NCBI GenBank assembly: GCA_009921985.1
Contig: RFWS01000001.1
Span: forward strand, 1 to 36,420
Source of the DNA: a bacterium
GTDB lineage: Bacteria; Verrucomicrobiota; Verrucomicrobiia; Methylacidiphilales; Verrucolacustridaceae
Direction: 5' to 3'
DNA length: 36,420 nucleotides
In this document: positions 10,182-19,591 of the stretch, one piece after another
Numbering within the stretch: the first letter of the stretch is position 1
Layout: each line of letters opens with the position of its first letter
Notes under the pieces: model-generated
What the model was told of the DNA's origin: nothing
The model's input: only the letters and a program-made list of their open reading frames with translations
Database searches by the model: none
Made by a program: the position numbers and the translations under genes

Positions 10182-13022
10182 GTGAGCCGAACTGGCGATC
10201 TCCTGCGCATCCGCGGCGCCCGCCAGCACAACCTCGCTGGTCTCAACCTCGATATCCCCAAACACCGGCTGGTGGTCCTGACCGGCCCCTCCGGCTCGGG
10301 CAAATCCTCCCTCGCCTTCGACACTATCTACGCCGAGGGCCAACGCCGCTATCTGGAAAGCCTTTCCGCCCACGCCCGTCTTCACCTCGAACGTTTACCG
10401 GCGCCGGCGGTGGATTCTATCGAAGGCCTCTCCCCCACCCTGGCCGTCGAGCAACGCCACTCCGGCGGCACCGGCCGCTCCACGCTCGCGACTTCCACGG
10501 AAATTCACGACCACCTCCGCGTCCTTTACGCCACCAACGGTACGCCCCACGATCCCAAAACCGGCCGCCCTCTGTTGGCGTCCTCTCCCCAGCAGATCGT
10601 TGACCGTCTGTTAATCGGCCACACCGGCGCTTTTGCGGTTCTCCTTGCCCCCTTGCCGTCCGCGGATCCCGCCCGACTCAAGAAGGAGGGTTTTCTCCGA
10701 GCCCGCCGTCAGGGCAAATGGGTCGACTTATCCTCCTCGACCGAACCGGAGGCTTTGGAATTGGTCATCGACCGACTCCAGATACAAGAAACCAATCGCG
10801 CCCGGTTGACCGATTCCCTTGAGCTGGCTCTGCGCCTTGGTCAGGGTCGCGTCCTCGTCGCCTTTACCTCCGGGGATTTTTCCCAGCCCTCGGGGGTCTC
10901 CGATCTCGCCCTCTCCACCGAGGCCGAGGATCACGAAACGGGTTACCATGCTCCCCGCCTCACGCCCCGCCACTTCTCCTTCAACAGCCCGGAGGGGGCG
11001 TGCCCCGACTGCTCCGGACTCGGGGTTCGCTTGGCCCCCGACCCCACCCGGGTAGTGCCGAACCCGGAACTCTCTTTGGACAAAGGCACAATCGCACCCT
11101 GGAACCGAGCCCATCCGCGTATCCGCTCCTACTATCGGACCTTGGGCCGCGACCTCGCACGTCATCTGGGTGTCGATTCCACCACTCCGTGGTCCCGGTG
11201 GCCTGCTTCCGCACGTGATTTTCTTCTCCGCGGTTCCCAGGGTAAAGCCATCACGCTCCAAGCCACCCAAGGAGGCCGCCTTGTCCGCGAAAAAAAACCT
11301 TTCGAGGGAATCCTGCCCGAGCTCGACCGACGCATGGCCACGGCCACCTCGGAAGCCGCACGGAACCGCATCCGCCGGTTCTTCAGTCCAGGCACCTGCC
11401 CCAGTTGCCATGGCCAGCGCCTCCACCGCGATGCGCTCCTCGTCACCTTGGGCGGACCTCCCGGACGGGGTCACAGCATCTCCACCCTTTGCCAACTCTC
11501 CGTCTCGGCGGCCCGGAAATTTCTCGATCGGGTTTCCCGACCGCCCGGCCCGTCCGCCCACGCTTTTGATCCCCTTCGGCAAGCCGTGCTCCACCGACTC
11601 TCTTTTCTCGAAAAGCTGGGCCTTGGCTATCTCACCCTGGATCGACCAATGGACACCCTCTCCGGTGGCGAGGCGCGCCGGGCCCGTTTGGCCACCCAGC
11701 TGGGCGGAGGCCTGACCGGGGTTCTTTATGTCCTCGATGAACCCAGCATTGGCCTTCATCCGGTCGACCACTCCCGTCTCCTTGATCTGCTCGGCGATCT
11801 CCGCGACTTAGGAAATTCCCTGCTGGTGGTGGAACACGATGAGGAGACCCTTCGCCGCGCCGATCACTTGATTGAACTGGGACCGGGTGCCGGATCCGAG
11901 GGAGGCAAACTGGTGGCCCAAGGCACACCGAAAGACATCGCTTCCAAGGAAAACTCGCTGACGGGGGCTTTTCTCTCCGGACGCCGCCGCATCCACTTTC
12001 CGCGCCGCACTCCCCCGGCAATTGGAAAACTGGTTCTGCGTGGCGCTTCCGCCCACAACCTGAAGGGAATCGATCTGGAGATTCCGCTCGGATCCTTCAC
12101 CTGCATCACCGGCGTGAGCGGCTCGGGGAAAAGCAGCCTGATTTTCGACACGCTCGCCCCCGCCCTACAGCGGCATCTCCAGGGTCCCTCCGCCGCTCCG
12201 GAACCCGGCTCCTTCACTTCTTTGGAAGGCGCGGACCAGCTGAACCGGGCTTTGGTGATCGACCAGACCCCACTGGCCCGCCTTTCCCGCTCCAATCCCC
12301 TCACCATCCTGGGCGTCTTCGATGAACTCCGAAAACTTTTCGCTGCACTCCCAGCTTCCCGGGCCCGGGGATTCGGGCCGTCCCGCTTCAGTTTTAACGT
12401 CCAGGGCGGCCGTTGTGAAACCTGCGGGGGCCATGGGGAGGTGGCCATCCAACTTCAACTTCTTCCCGAAGCGGTCGCCCCCTGTCCAACCTGTGCCGGG
12501 TGCCGCTACAACCGCGAAACCCTTGCCATCACCTACCGGGGCCACTCCATCGCCGATGTTCTCGATCTCTCCGTCGATCGCGCGCTGCAACTGTTTCGCA
12601 CCCATCCCCAACTGGCCTCGGCTCTGGAGGCTCTCCAGCAGGTCGGACTCGGTTATCTTCCCATTGGTCAACCCGCGGATCGGCTCTCCGGGGGAGAGGC
12701 CCAGCGCGTTCGGCTCGCCACCGCCCTGGCTTCCCGCACCCGGGGCCCCTCCCTTTATTTGCTGGATGAGCCCACCACCGGACTCCACCTCACCGAGGTG
12801 GAACGCCTCCTGTCGGTTTTCTTCGCCTTGTGCGATTCCGGCCATACCCTCGTCGTCGTGGAGCACCACCCTGATGTCATTCGTCATGCCGACCATCTTG
12901 TCGACCTGGGCCCCGGAGGAGGCGAGGCCGGGGGTCGCATCGTCACCCAAGGAACCCCGCCTGAAGTCGCCCGCTGCATTGAAAGCGCCACCGGTAAAGT
13001 CCTTCGAAGTTTGACAAAATGA
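10182..13022 (+). CDS. uvrA: Excinuclease ABC subunit A family protein (divergent UvrA)
   Basis: IRGARQHNL, Walker A GPSGSGKSSLAFDTIYAEGQRRY, LSGGE, YVLDEPSIGLH, second ATPase GVSGSGKSSL, FSFNVQGGRCETC, LSGGEAQRVRLA, LDEPTTGLH. Confidence 0.93.
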   Translation: MSRTGDLLRIRGARQHNLAGLNLDIPKHRLVVLTGPSGSGKSSLAFDTIYAEGQRRYLESLSAHARLHLERLPAPAVDSIEGLSPTLAVEQRHSGGTGRSTLATSTEIHDHLRVLYATNGTPHDPKTGRPLLASSPQQIVDRLLIGHTGAFAVLLAPLPSADPARLKKEGFLRARRQGKWVDLSSSTEPEALELVIDRLQIQETNRARLTDSLELALRLGQGRVLVAFTSGDFSQPSGVSDLALSTEAEDHETGYHAPRLTPRHFSFNSPEGACPDCSGLGVRLAPDPTRVVPNPELSLDKGTIAPWNRAHPRIRSYYRTLGRDLARHLGVDSTTPWSRWPASARDFLLRGSQGKAITLQATQGGRLVREKKPFEGILPELDRRMATATSEAARNRIRRFFSPGTCPSCHGQRLHRDALLVTLGGPPGRGHSISTLCQLSVSAARKFLDRVSRPPGPSAHAFDPLRQAVLHRLSFLEKLGLGYLTLDRPMDTLSGGEARRARLATQLGGGLTGVLYVLDEPSIGLHPVDHSRLLDLLGDLRDLGNSLLVVEHDEETLRRADHLIELGPGAGSEGGKLVAQGTPKDIASKENSLTGAFLSGRRRIHFPRRTPPAIGKLVLRGASAHNLKGIDLEIPLGSFTCITGVSGSGKSSLIFDTLAPALQRHLQGPSAAPEPGSFTSLEGADQLNRALVIDQTPLARLSRSNPLTILGVFDELRKLFAALPASRARGFGPSRFSFNVQGGRCETCGGHGEVAIQLQLLPEAVAPCPTCAGCRYNRETLAITYRGHSIADVLDLSVDRALQLFRTHPQLASALEALQQVGLGYLPIGQPADRLSGGEAQRVRLATALASRTRGPSLYLLDEPTTGLHLTEVERLLSVFFALCDSGHTLVVVEHHPDVIRHADHLVDLGPGGGEAGGRIVTQGTPPEVARCIESATGKVLRSLTK

Positions 13023-15529
13023 AAGTTCCACAACCCGTCCTCACCCTACTTCTAATCCTAATTCCGGTCTCTTTTTTCAAGCTGCAAGCCGCCGAGTTGC
13101 CCAAAGATCTGCGCGTGGCCGAGGAAATGATTCGCGACGGCTTGGCTCATGATGCCGTGCCCCGCCTCCGCGGCTGGCTCCAAAAAAACGCCGCTTCTCC
13201 TCAACCCGAAGCCCAGGTTCTTTTGGCCGAGGCGTTGCTGGCGGATAGCCGTCCCACGGAGGCTCTGGCGGTCCTGCCCAAATCCGCACCGATTGAACTG
13301 ACCCACCGGGTCCTCTTGGTCCGGGCCTCGGCCCTAAATGAAGCCGGACGCTGGAAAGAGGCCTTGGCTGAATGGAAACGGATCGATTTGAACTCCCTGC
13401 CGGAGGCCCAGGCAAACCAAGCACGTTTGGGACTCGCCTCCGCCCTACTCAACGAAAACCAGCGATTGGAGGGACTCAAGGAACTGAGGCAACTGACGGA
13501 AAAGGCGGACATGGCGACCGCCGAAGCCGCCCGGATCCTTCTGGTTAAAACCCTTCTCGCAGATGGAAAGCAGGACGAGGCGGAAAAGGAATTAAACCTC
13601 ATCCAAGACAAAGCTCCGACCGCCATGCGAATGGAGGCCCGCTACTGGAAAGCTGAGATCACCGCTGCCCGGGGAAAAAGCGAGGAGGCCCGGACACTTT
13701 TCCAAAAACTGGTCGAGGAGGCGGATGGCGCCGGGCGCGATCTCTTGGCCCGGTCCTGGATCGCCATCGGCAGGATTGACCGGGCGCGGGGAAAACCGGC
13801 CGATGCCACCACCGCCCTTGAAAAGGCCCTGGATCGGGGGGGCGATCCGGAGACCTATCTCGCCGCCGCCCGGGAATACCTCGCCGCCGCCCAAGCCTCC
13901 CAGTCCCTCCCCACCGCCGCCCTGCGGTTGCGCGACTCCGTCCGCGAACGGGAAAATGACGATGAAAAACGGGGCCGCTTTGCCCCCGCCCTGCTCTTGC
14001 TGGGCTCCGCCACCTTGGAGGCCGGGAACGGCGAGGCAGCCGCTGCCGACCTCGATAATTTGATCAAAAACTATCCCGCTTCCCCGGCCGTGGCCGGTGC
14101 TCAGGTGATTCTCGCGGAGGCCCTTGCCAAACAAGGCCAAGAATCCGCCGCCCGAGACCAACTCCGGAACCTCCTGAAAAAGCCCGATCTTCCCGGAGGG
14201 GTTTTGTACCAGGCCAACTTTGCCCTTGGGGATCTCCTTCTGAAGGAAGGCAAGGCTTTCGAGTCGGCAACGGCCTACGAAACCGCGTTGAAGTCTGCCC
14301 CCACTCCCAAGGAATCCGAAGATGCCCTCTATAACGCCGCCTTGGCCACCGCGCGCATTCCTGACCCCGTCGGATTTTCCCGTTTGGAAAAATCCTTTTC
14401 CGAAAAGTTCCCGGAAAGCGACCGCCGGGCCGCCCTCGCCTTGGAACGGGGACGCATGCTCGAGTCCAAAGGAGATTCCGCCGCCAGCCGGAATGCCTTG
14501 GAGGAGGTGGCCCAGCTTCCCGGCTCGGGATCCTTCCAGGCCGAAGCGGTCTTGCGCCGGGCCAATTCCCTGCTCCGGGCGGGTAATTACCCGGAGGCCG
14601 CCACCGCCTTCGCGGATTTTGAAAAATCCTTTCCGAATTCCCCCCTGTTACCCCAGGCCCTGGCTTCCATGATCGAGGCTCAGCTTCGCGCCAAGGAACT
14701 CACGGGGACGCAGGCCCGCGCCGAATTTGCCAAAATCCTCAGCCGTTTTCCGGAAAGTACCCTGGCCCCCGCTCTTTCCTTTCAGATCGCCCAGACCCAT
14801 TACGAGGAAAAAAACCATGGGGAAGCCCTGACGGCTTTCCGTGAGATGGCCAAAAAATTCCCCAAGGATCCCCTGGCCGACAATGCCCTCTACTACGCGG
14901 GTCTCAGTGCCTTGGCTCTTGGCAACCCGGACGAGGCCATCAAACTCTTCCGTTCCCTACCGGAAAATTCACCACTTCGGACCGATGCCCGTCTGGCAGA
15001 AATTGATGCCTGCCGGGCCGGCGGTGACTACGCGGGGGGACTGCTGATCGCCAACTCACTTCTCGCCAACCGCTCTCCCGACCAGCGCGCCTGGGTGGAA
15101 ATCAGTCGTCGCCGTCTGGCCTGTGAATTTGCCCTGGGCGGGAGCGACAAAAGCAGCCTGGAGCGTTCCGTCACCACCGCGGACGGAATTCTCAAAAGCC
15201 CGGCTGCGGACGCCTCGGACAAAAACGAGGTCGGTTTCATCAAGGGCCGCTCCCTCGAGCAGCTCGGTCGGGAGGATGACGCCCTCCAGGCCTATCTCGA
15301 TGTCCTTTACGGACGTCTGGGCGCCTCCGCCACCGTCCCTTCCCAACCCGAATACCTTTGGTTTGCCCGCGCCGGCGCCGAAGCCGCCCGCATCCAGGAA
15401 AAGCGAGGCGATTTCAAGGGGGCTTTGGCGATTTATCGCATCCTTGAAAACGCCGGGGGCCCCAACCAGTCATCCTTCGCCCGAAAAATCGATGACCTCC
15501 GCAACCGCCACTTCCTCTGGTCCGAGTGA
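13019..15529 (+). CDS. Exported tetratricopeptide-repeat protein (BamD/CpoB-like repeats)
   Basis: N-terminal signal peptide; many helical repeats with (Y/F)PxS turns (NYPASP, KFPESD, SFPNSP, RFPEST, KFPKDPLADNALYYAG); ATGA overlap with uvrA. Confidence 0.85.
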   Translation: MKVPQPVLTLLLILIPVSFFKLQAAELPKDLRVAEEMIRDGLAHDAVPRLRGWLQKNAASPQPEAQVLLAEALLADSRPTEALAVLPKSAPIELTHRVLLVRASALNEAGRWKEALAEWKRIDLNSLPEAQANQARLGLASALLNENQRLEGLKELRQLTEKADMATAEAARILLVKTLLADGKQDEAEKELNLIQDKAPTAMRMEARYWKAEITAARGKSEEARTLFQKLVEEADGAGRDLLARSWIAIGRIDRARGKPADATTALEKALDRGGDPETYLAAAREYLAAAQASQSLPTAALRLRDSVRERENDDEKRGRFAPALLLLGSATLEAGNGEAAAADLDNLIKNYPASPAVAGAQVILAEALAKQGQESAARDQLRNLLKKPDLPGGVLYQANFALGDLLLKEGKAFESATAYETALKSAPTPKESEDALYNAALATARIPDPVGFSRLEKSFSEKFPESDRRAALALERGRMLESKGDSAASRNALEEVAQLPGSGSFQAEAVLRRANSLLRAGNYPEAATAFADFEKSFPNSPLLPQALASMIEAQLRAKELTGTQARAEFAKILSRFPESTLAPALSFQIAQTHYEEKNHGEALTAFREMAKKFPKDPLADNALYYAGLSALALGNPDEAIKLFRSLPENSPLRTDARLAEIDACRAGGDYAGGLLIANSLLANRSPDQRAWVEISRRRLACEFALGGSDKSSLERSVTTADGILKSPAADASDKNEVGFIKGRSLEQLGREDDALQAYLDVLYGRLGASATVPSQPEYLWFARAGAEAARIQEKRGDFKGALAIYRILENAGGPNQSSFARKIDDLRNRHFLWSE

Positions 15530-15603
15530 GCAGTTTTTTATTCAAGTTTTTCTTAATTTTCTACCATCTCGCTTTTTAGGTCTGTTTTTATTAAATTTTG
15601 TCC

Positions 15604-16530
15604 ATGTCGATGGATGAAGTCCTGTTCCTTGAGAAAAGTCGGCCTGACTCCAATCCCTACTCCGCCTGCACCCGTTTGGCCCGCGAACATTACGAGAACT
15701 TCCCCGTTGGCCGGTTGGTTCCCAAGAAACTCCGGCCCCATGTCCACGCCGTCTACGCCTTCGCCCGTGTCGCCGACGACCTGGCCGACGAGGGCTACGC
15801 CGATCCCCGACTACGCGAGGCTGCTCCTTCCGCCCCTACCGAGGCGGAACGCCTCGCCGTCTTTCGCAATTACCGCCAAGCCTGGCAAAACGCCCTAGCC
15901 GGAAAACCCTACGACAACCAGTACGAATGGATTTTTCATCCCCTGCTCCGCACCAAGGAGGAGTTCAACCTGCCCGACTCCCTTTTTCTCGATCTCCTCA
16001 GCGCATTTGAACAGGACATCCTCAAACGCCGTTATGAGGACTTCCCCTCCGTTCTCGACTACTGCCACCGAAGCGCCAACCCGATCGGCCGCCTCGTTCT
16101 CCTACTCCACGGCTACCGGGAAGAAGAGTTGGCCCAACTGTCCGACGCGATCTGCACCGCCCTGCAGTTGGCTAACTTCTGGCAGGATGTCTCCGTCGAT
16201 CTCGGCAAGGACCGCATTTACATCCCTCAGGTGGATCTCCGCCGCTTCGACGTCCCCGAAGCCGACCTTTTTACGGGCAACGCCTCGCCCAACTTCCGTA
16301 ACTGCCTTCGTTACCAGGTGGAACGGGCCTGGGATCTATTTCGCCAAGGCGAACCTCTTCCTTCCAAGCTGAAGCGTCCCCTCTCTTGGGAAATCCGGCT
16401 TACCTGGCTGGGCGGAACGAAAATCCTTCAGAAGATCGAGCAGCAGAAGTACGACACCCTGAACCGCCGACCCGTTATCTCAAAAGGCAATTTCCTCACC
16501 CTCGGCCTGCAGGCCTTTCTCGGCGGATGA
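15604..16530 (+). CDS. hpnC: Hydroxysqualene synthase HpnC
   Basis: HYENFPVG, AVYAFARVADDLADEG, DLLSAFEQD, YCHRSANPIGRLVL, ICTALQLANFWQDV, RIYIP. Confidence 0.93.
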   Translation: MSMDEVLFLEKSRPDSNPYSACTRLAREHYENFPVGRLVPKKLRPHVHAVYAFARVADDLADEGYADPRLREAAPSAPTEAERLAVFRNYRQAWQNALAGKPYDNQYEWIFHPLLRTKEEFNLPDSLFLDLLSAFEQDILKRRYEDFPSVLDYCHRSANPIGRLVLLLHGYREEELAQLSDAICTALQLANFWQDVSVDLGKDRIYIPQVDLRRFDVPEADLFTGNASPNFRNCLRYQVERAWDLFRQGEPLPSKLKRPLSWEIRLTWLGGTKILQKIEQQKYDTLNRRPVISKGNFLTLGLQAFLGG

Positions 16531-18740
16531 GTTCTTCCCCTGTTCCGGGCGGTACCGGGGAACGTATCACCCGCAGGAGCGGTTCCAACCTCGCCCTCTC
16601 CTTCATCTGCCTGCCCAAGGAGCAACGCCGGGCTATGTCCACCTTCTACGCCTTCTGCCGCACCGTCGACGATGTCGTCGATGAAACCACGGCCCCCCAG
16701 CCGATGCGTCAGGCCAAGCTGCACAAGTGGCGCGACGACATCGCGGCCATCTACCAAGGCACCCCGGAGCAACCGCTCGCCAAGGAGTTGGCCCCGATGG
16801 TTCGCAAATACCTGATCCCGCCGGAACCCTTGCTCGAGATTCTCGACGGCGTGGAGATGGATCTCACGAAAAGCCGGTACGAGAACTTCGAGGAACTAGG
16901 CAAATACTGCTACGGCGTGGCCTCCGCCGTCGGACTCGTCTCCATCAACATCTTCTGCTGCCAGACCCGCGCCGCCCGCGACTACGCCATCGCCCTCGCC
17001 GCCCGCGACTACGCCATCGCCCTCGGCATGGCTTTCCAGCTGACAAATATTCTTCGCGACGTCGCCTACGACCTGAAACGTTTCGGCCGAATTTATATCC
17101 CTCGATCGGAGTGGGTGGCCTTTGGCGTGAAGGAGACAGATTTTCAGGGACCCAACCTCACCCCGGGCATGGACCGGCTCCTGCGCATGCAGTACTTCCG
17201 CGCCCGCCACTATTTCGAGAAGGCCGACCGACTCCTGCCCGAGGCCGACCGTCCCCACCTCTCTGCCGCCCTCATCATGACCGAGGTGTACCGCGATCTC
17301 CTCGAGAAGATCCGCCGCCGGAAGTTCGATGTGCTCAAGGGCCCGATCAAACTTTCCCGCTGGGAAAAACTTCTCGCCCTGCGCCGGGGTCAAAAACTGC
17401 TGAAACGGGAGTTTGTCCCACGCCGGCCTCCCGCGCGGGTGGCCGTGATCGGGGGTGGCTATGCCGGCTGCTCCGCCGCCTTCTCCCTGGCCCGCGAAGG
17501 CCATCTTGTGGAGCTGATCGAGGCCAAGCCCCAGCTCGGCGGTCGCGCCCACAGCTACCGCGAAGCCAAAACCGGCACGATTCTCGACAACGGTCAGCAC
17601 ATCCTGATGGGCTGCTATCACGAGACTTTGGCCCTGGTCGCCGAGATGGGAAATCTCAACCGGCTCGAGCGCCATGACCGGCTCGATCTCCACTTCGTCA
17701 GCCCCAAGAAAGGGCAAACGGTCCTCCGCTCTTCGCCCCTCCCGCCACCGTTCCATCTTCTCGCCGGCCTGTTCGGTTTCCGGGAACTCACCTGGCTGGA
17801 TCGCTGGGCCATCCTCCACCTACCCGGCCGGGCACGGAGCACGCCCCCCAAACAGGGCGAGACCGTGCAAGCCTGGCTCGAACGGGTCCGGCAGACCCCC
17901 GGCTCGGTTCGCGCCTTGTGGGAGCCGTTCTGCCTCGCCGCCCTGAACGCACCCATTCAGTTGGCCGATGCCTGCCTGTTCTGGGAGGTGACCCGGCGCG
18001 GTCTCTTCGGCACCTCACAGGATGCCGCCATCTACCTCGACAAGGACGGCCTCTCCGGCCTGATCAGCCCAGAACTCAACGCCTTCATCGAATCCGCCGA
18101 AGGCAAGGTCCGTACGGCCACACCTGTCGAGGAGCTGAAGTACGACGAAATCCATCAGCACGTCCAGACGGTGAAGTTCAAGGACGGCACGGAAGAAAAA
18201 TACGACGTGGTGGTGTTGGCCGTGCCGTGGACCCCCGCTGCCAAGATGATCCCCGCGGTCGACCGGGCCTCCCAGTTGGCCGCCATGCTCAAACCTGGAC
18301 CGATCCTGGGAGTTCACCTCTGGACCGACCGACCCCTCACCCCCGGCTTGATCACCGGTTTTCTCGACTCCCCTCTCCACTGGGTCTTTGACCGCACATC
18401 CACGTTGCCCCCGGGCTCTTCCGGCTATCTGTATGCGGCCGTGATCAGCGCCGTCACCGATCTGATCGACCAGACGGGAAAATACCTGGTGGAGCTGATC
18501 CTCGGTGAGATTCAGAGGATGGTGCCGGAGAGCCGGGAGGCCAAGGTCACCCACCATGTCGTCTACAAATCGCGCGACGCCACCTTCTGGGGCCAACCCG
18601 GCATGCCCCTGGCCCGGCCCGGTCCGGTCACCTCGGTGGAGAATCTCTTCCTCGCCGGCGATTGGACTGAAACCGGCCTCCCCGCCACCATCGAGGGCGC
18701 AGTCCTTTCCGGCTTTAAAGCTGCCGACGCCGTGGGGTGA
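16527..18740 (+). CDS. hpnDE: Fused presqualene diphosphate synthase HpnD and hydroxysqualene dehydroxylase HpnE (737 aa)
   Basis: N half: SGSNLALSF, YAFCRTVDDVVD, YCYGVASAVG, LGMAFQLTNILRDV, GRIYIP. C half from about 17436: VAVIGGGYAG, LGGRAHS, LDNGQHILMGCY, LFLAGDWTETGLPATIEGAVLSG. ATG 16527 overlaps the hpnC stop (ATGA). Confidence 0.92.
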   Translation: MSSSPVPGGTGERITRRSGSNLALSFICLPKEQRRAMSTFYAFCRTVDDVVDETTAPQPMRQAKLHKWRDDIAAIYQGTPEQPLAKELAPMVRKYLIPPEPLLEILDGVEMDLTKSRYENFEELGKYCYGVASAVGLVSINIFCCQTRAARDYAIALAARDYAIALGMAFQLTNILRDVAYDLKRFGRIYIPRSEWVAFGVKETDFQGPNLTPGMDRLLRMQYFRARHYFEKADRLLPEADRPHLSAALIMTEVYRDLLEKIRRRKFDVLKGPIKLSRWEKLLALRRGQKLLKREFVPRRPPARVAVIGGGYAGCSAAFSLAREGHLVELIEAKPQLGGRAHSYREAKTGTILDNGQHILMGCYHETLALVAEMGNLNRLERHDRLDLHFVSPKKGQTVLRSSPLPPPFHLLAGLFGFRELTWLDRWAILHLPGRARSTPPKQGETVQAWLERVRQTPGSVRALWEPFCLAALNAPIQLADACLFWEVTRRGLFGTSQDAAIYLDKDGLSGLISPELNAFIESAEGKVRTATPVEELKYDEIHQHVQTVKFKDGTEEKYDVVVLAVPWTPAAKMIPAVDRASQLAAMLKPGPILGVHLWTDRPLTPGLITGFLDSPLHWVFDRTSTLPPGSSGYLYAAVISAVTDLIDQTGKYLVELILGEIQRMVPESREAKVTHHVVYKSRDATFWGQPGMPLARPGPVTSVENLFLAGDWTETGLPATIEGAVLSGFKAADAVG
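16971..17024 (+). repeat. Perfect 27-nt tandem duplication in hpnD (AARDYAIAL x2)
   Basis: gccgcccgcgactacgccatcgccctc at 16971-16997 and 16998-17024. Confidence 0.97.
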
Positions 18741-18745
18741 TGGGA

Positions 18746-18825
18746 TCGTTAACGCAAACGATGTACGTGAATGTACGCATGAAATCTGGGCTGCTGCTCA
18801 CGTTCACATTTAACTTTCACGAGCG
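18746..18825. repeat. Degenerate hexamer-periodic, partly inverted repeat between convergent hpnDE and hpnG
   Basis: tcgttaacgcaaacgatgtacgtgaatgtacg...ctcacgttcacatttaactttcacg; shares words with 4198-4210 and 34949-34976. Confidence 0.6.
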
Positions 18826-18829
18826 TTTT

Positions 18830-19558
18830 TTAGGCACCTTTCTCAGCGATCCATTCCAGAAAATCCCCCAGCGCCTTGCTCATCACTTCCCTTGCGTGGA
18901 TGCATCCTCCCACCGCGGGGATGAGTTCCCGCAACCGCCACGGACGAAGGGCCAGATACAGCCCGATCTTCACCGGCGTGCTTTTTCCGGTGACCGCATC
19001 GCAACCCAAAAGGAATAGATCCGCCGGTAGCAGCTTGTCCGCATGGTCACTCACCGCCCGTAATCCGACGAGAGGCACATCCCGTCTCCGGCAGGCTTCG
19101 GCCACATACTCCCACTCCATCTCCACCAGTCCGCACCCGGTTTTCCTGCCCAGCTCCAGCTTCGCCAGTCCCGTTTCAATGATCTCATGCGCGGTGTGCC
19201 ACTTTCCGGCACGCACCGCCGGTTTGGACCGTGCCCAGACGACAAACTCAGGCCAAGCCTCGGCGTGGAAGGAGCTCAGATCCCCCTCATCCCAGTCCGG
19301 ATCCAACGCCCCGGCCAATCCGGCCAAGATCACCGCCCGACAAGGATGCTCCGCCAGCCAAGCCTCGACCTTCCGATCCAGCCCCGCATGCCCCATGCCG
19401 ATCCGGGCCGAAACCACGGCCAATCCATTCCAGCTTCCCTTGAGGGTTTCCAGCCCCGCGGCCGGGCGGCTTTTCCCGCCAAGCTTTTTCCAGGTGGGTT
19501 CGGCCTCGAACTCCATCGGAAAAAGGATCCCGACCGGCAACGTGGAGGCGGGGGCCAT
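18830..19558 (-). CDS. hpnG: Nucleoside phosphorylase-family protein, probable adenosylhopane nucleosidase HpnG
   Basis: PNP/MTAN motifs IGMG, VILAGLAGALDP, LVEME, LRAVSD; directly downstream of shc. The HpnG assignment rests on context. Confidence 0.75.
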   Translation of the reverse strand: MAPASTLPVGILFPMEFEAEPTWKKLGGKSRPAAGLETLKGSWNGLAVVSARIGMGHAGLDRKVEAWLAEHPCRAVILAGLAGALDPDWDEGDLSSFHAEAWPEFVVWARSKPAVRAGKWHTAHEIIETGLAKLELGRKTGCGLVEMEWEYVAEACRRRDVPLVGLRAVSDHADKLLPADLFLLGCDAVTGKSTPVKIGLYLALRPWRLRELIPAVGGCIHAREVMSKALGDFLEWIAEKGA

Positions 19559-19566
19559 GGAAAGAT

Positions 19567-19585
19567 TCGCGGAAGGTCTCCGCGA
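19567..19585 (-). other. 7-bp hairpin between shc and hpnG (weak terminator or stability element)
   Basis: tcgcgga-aggtc-tccgcga; followed on the minus strand only by a poor U tract (AUCUUU). Confidence 0.45.
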
Positions 19586-19591
19586 CGGTGG

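Noticed and set aside
15530-15603. AT-rich patches (also 21600-21665 and 7782-7815) as foreign DNA or insertion scars
   Set aside because: Short and coincide with predicted promoters of hpnC, shc and nadE/hpnH.
16386-16526. N-terminal extension on HpnD
   Set aside because: Overlaps hpnC; ATG 16527 in the ATGA overlap is the better start.
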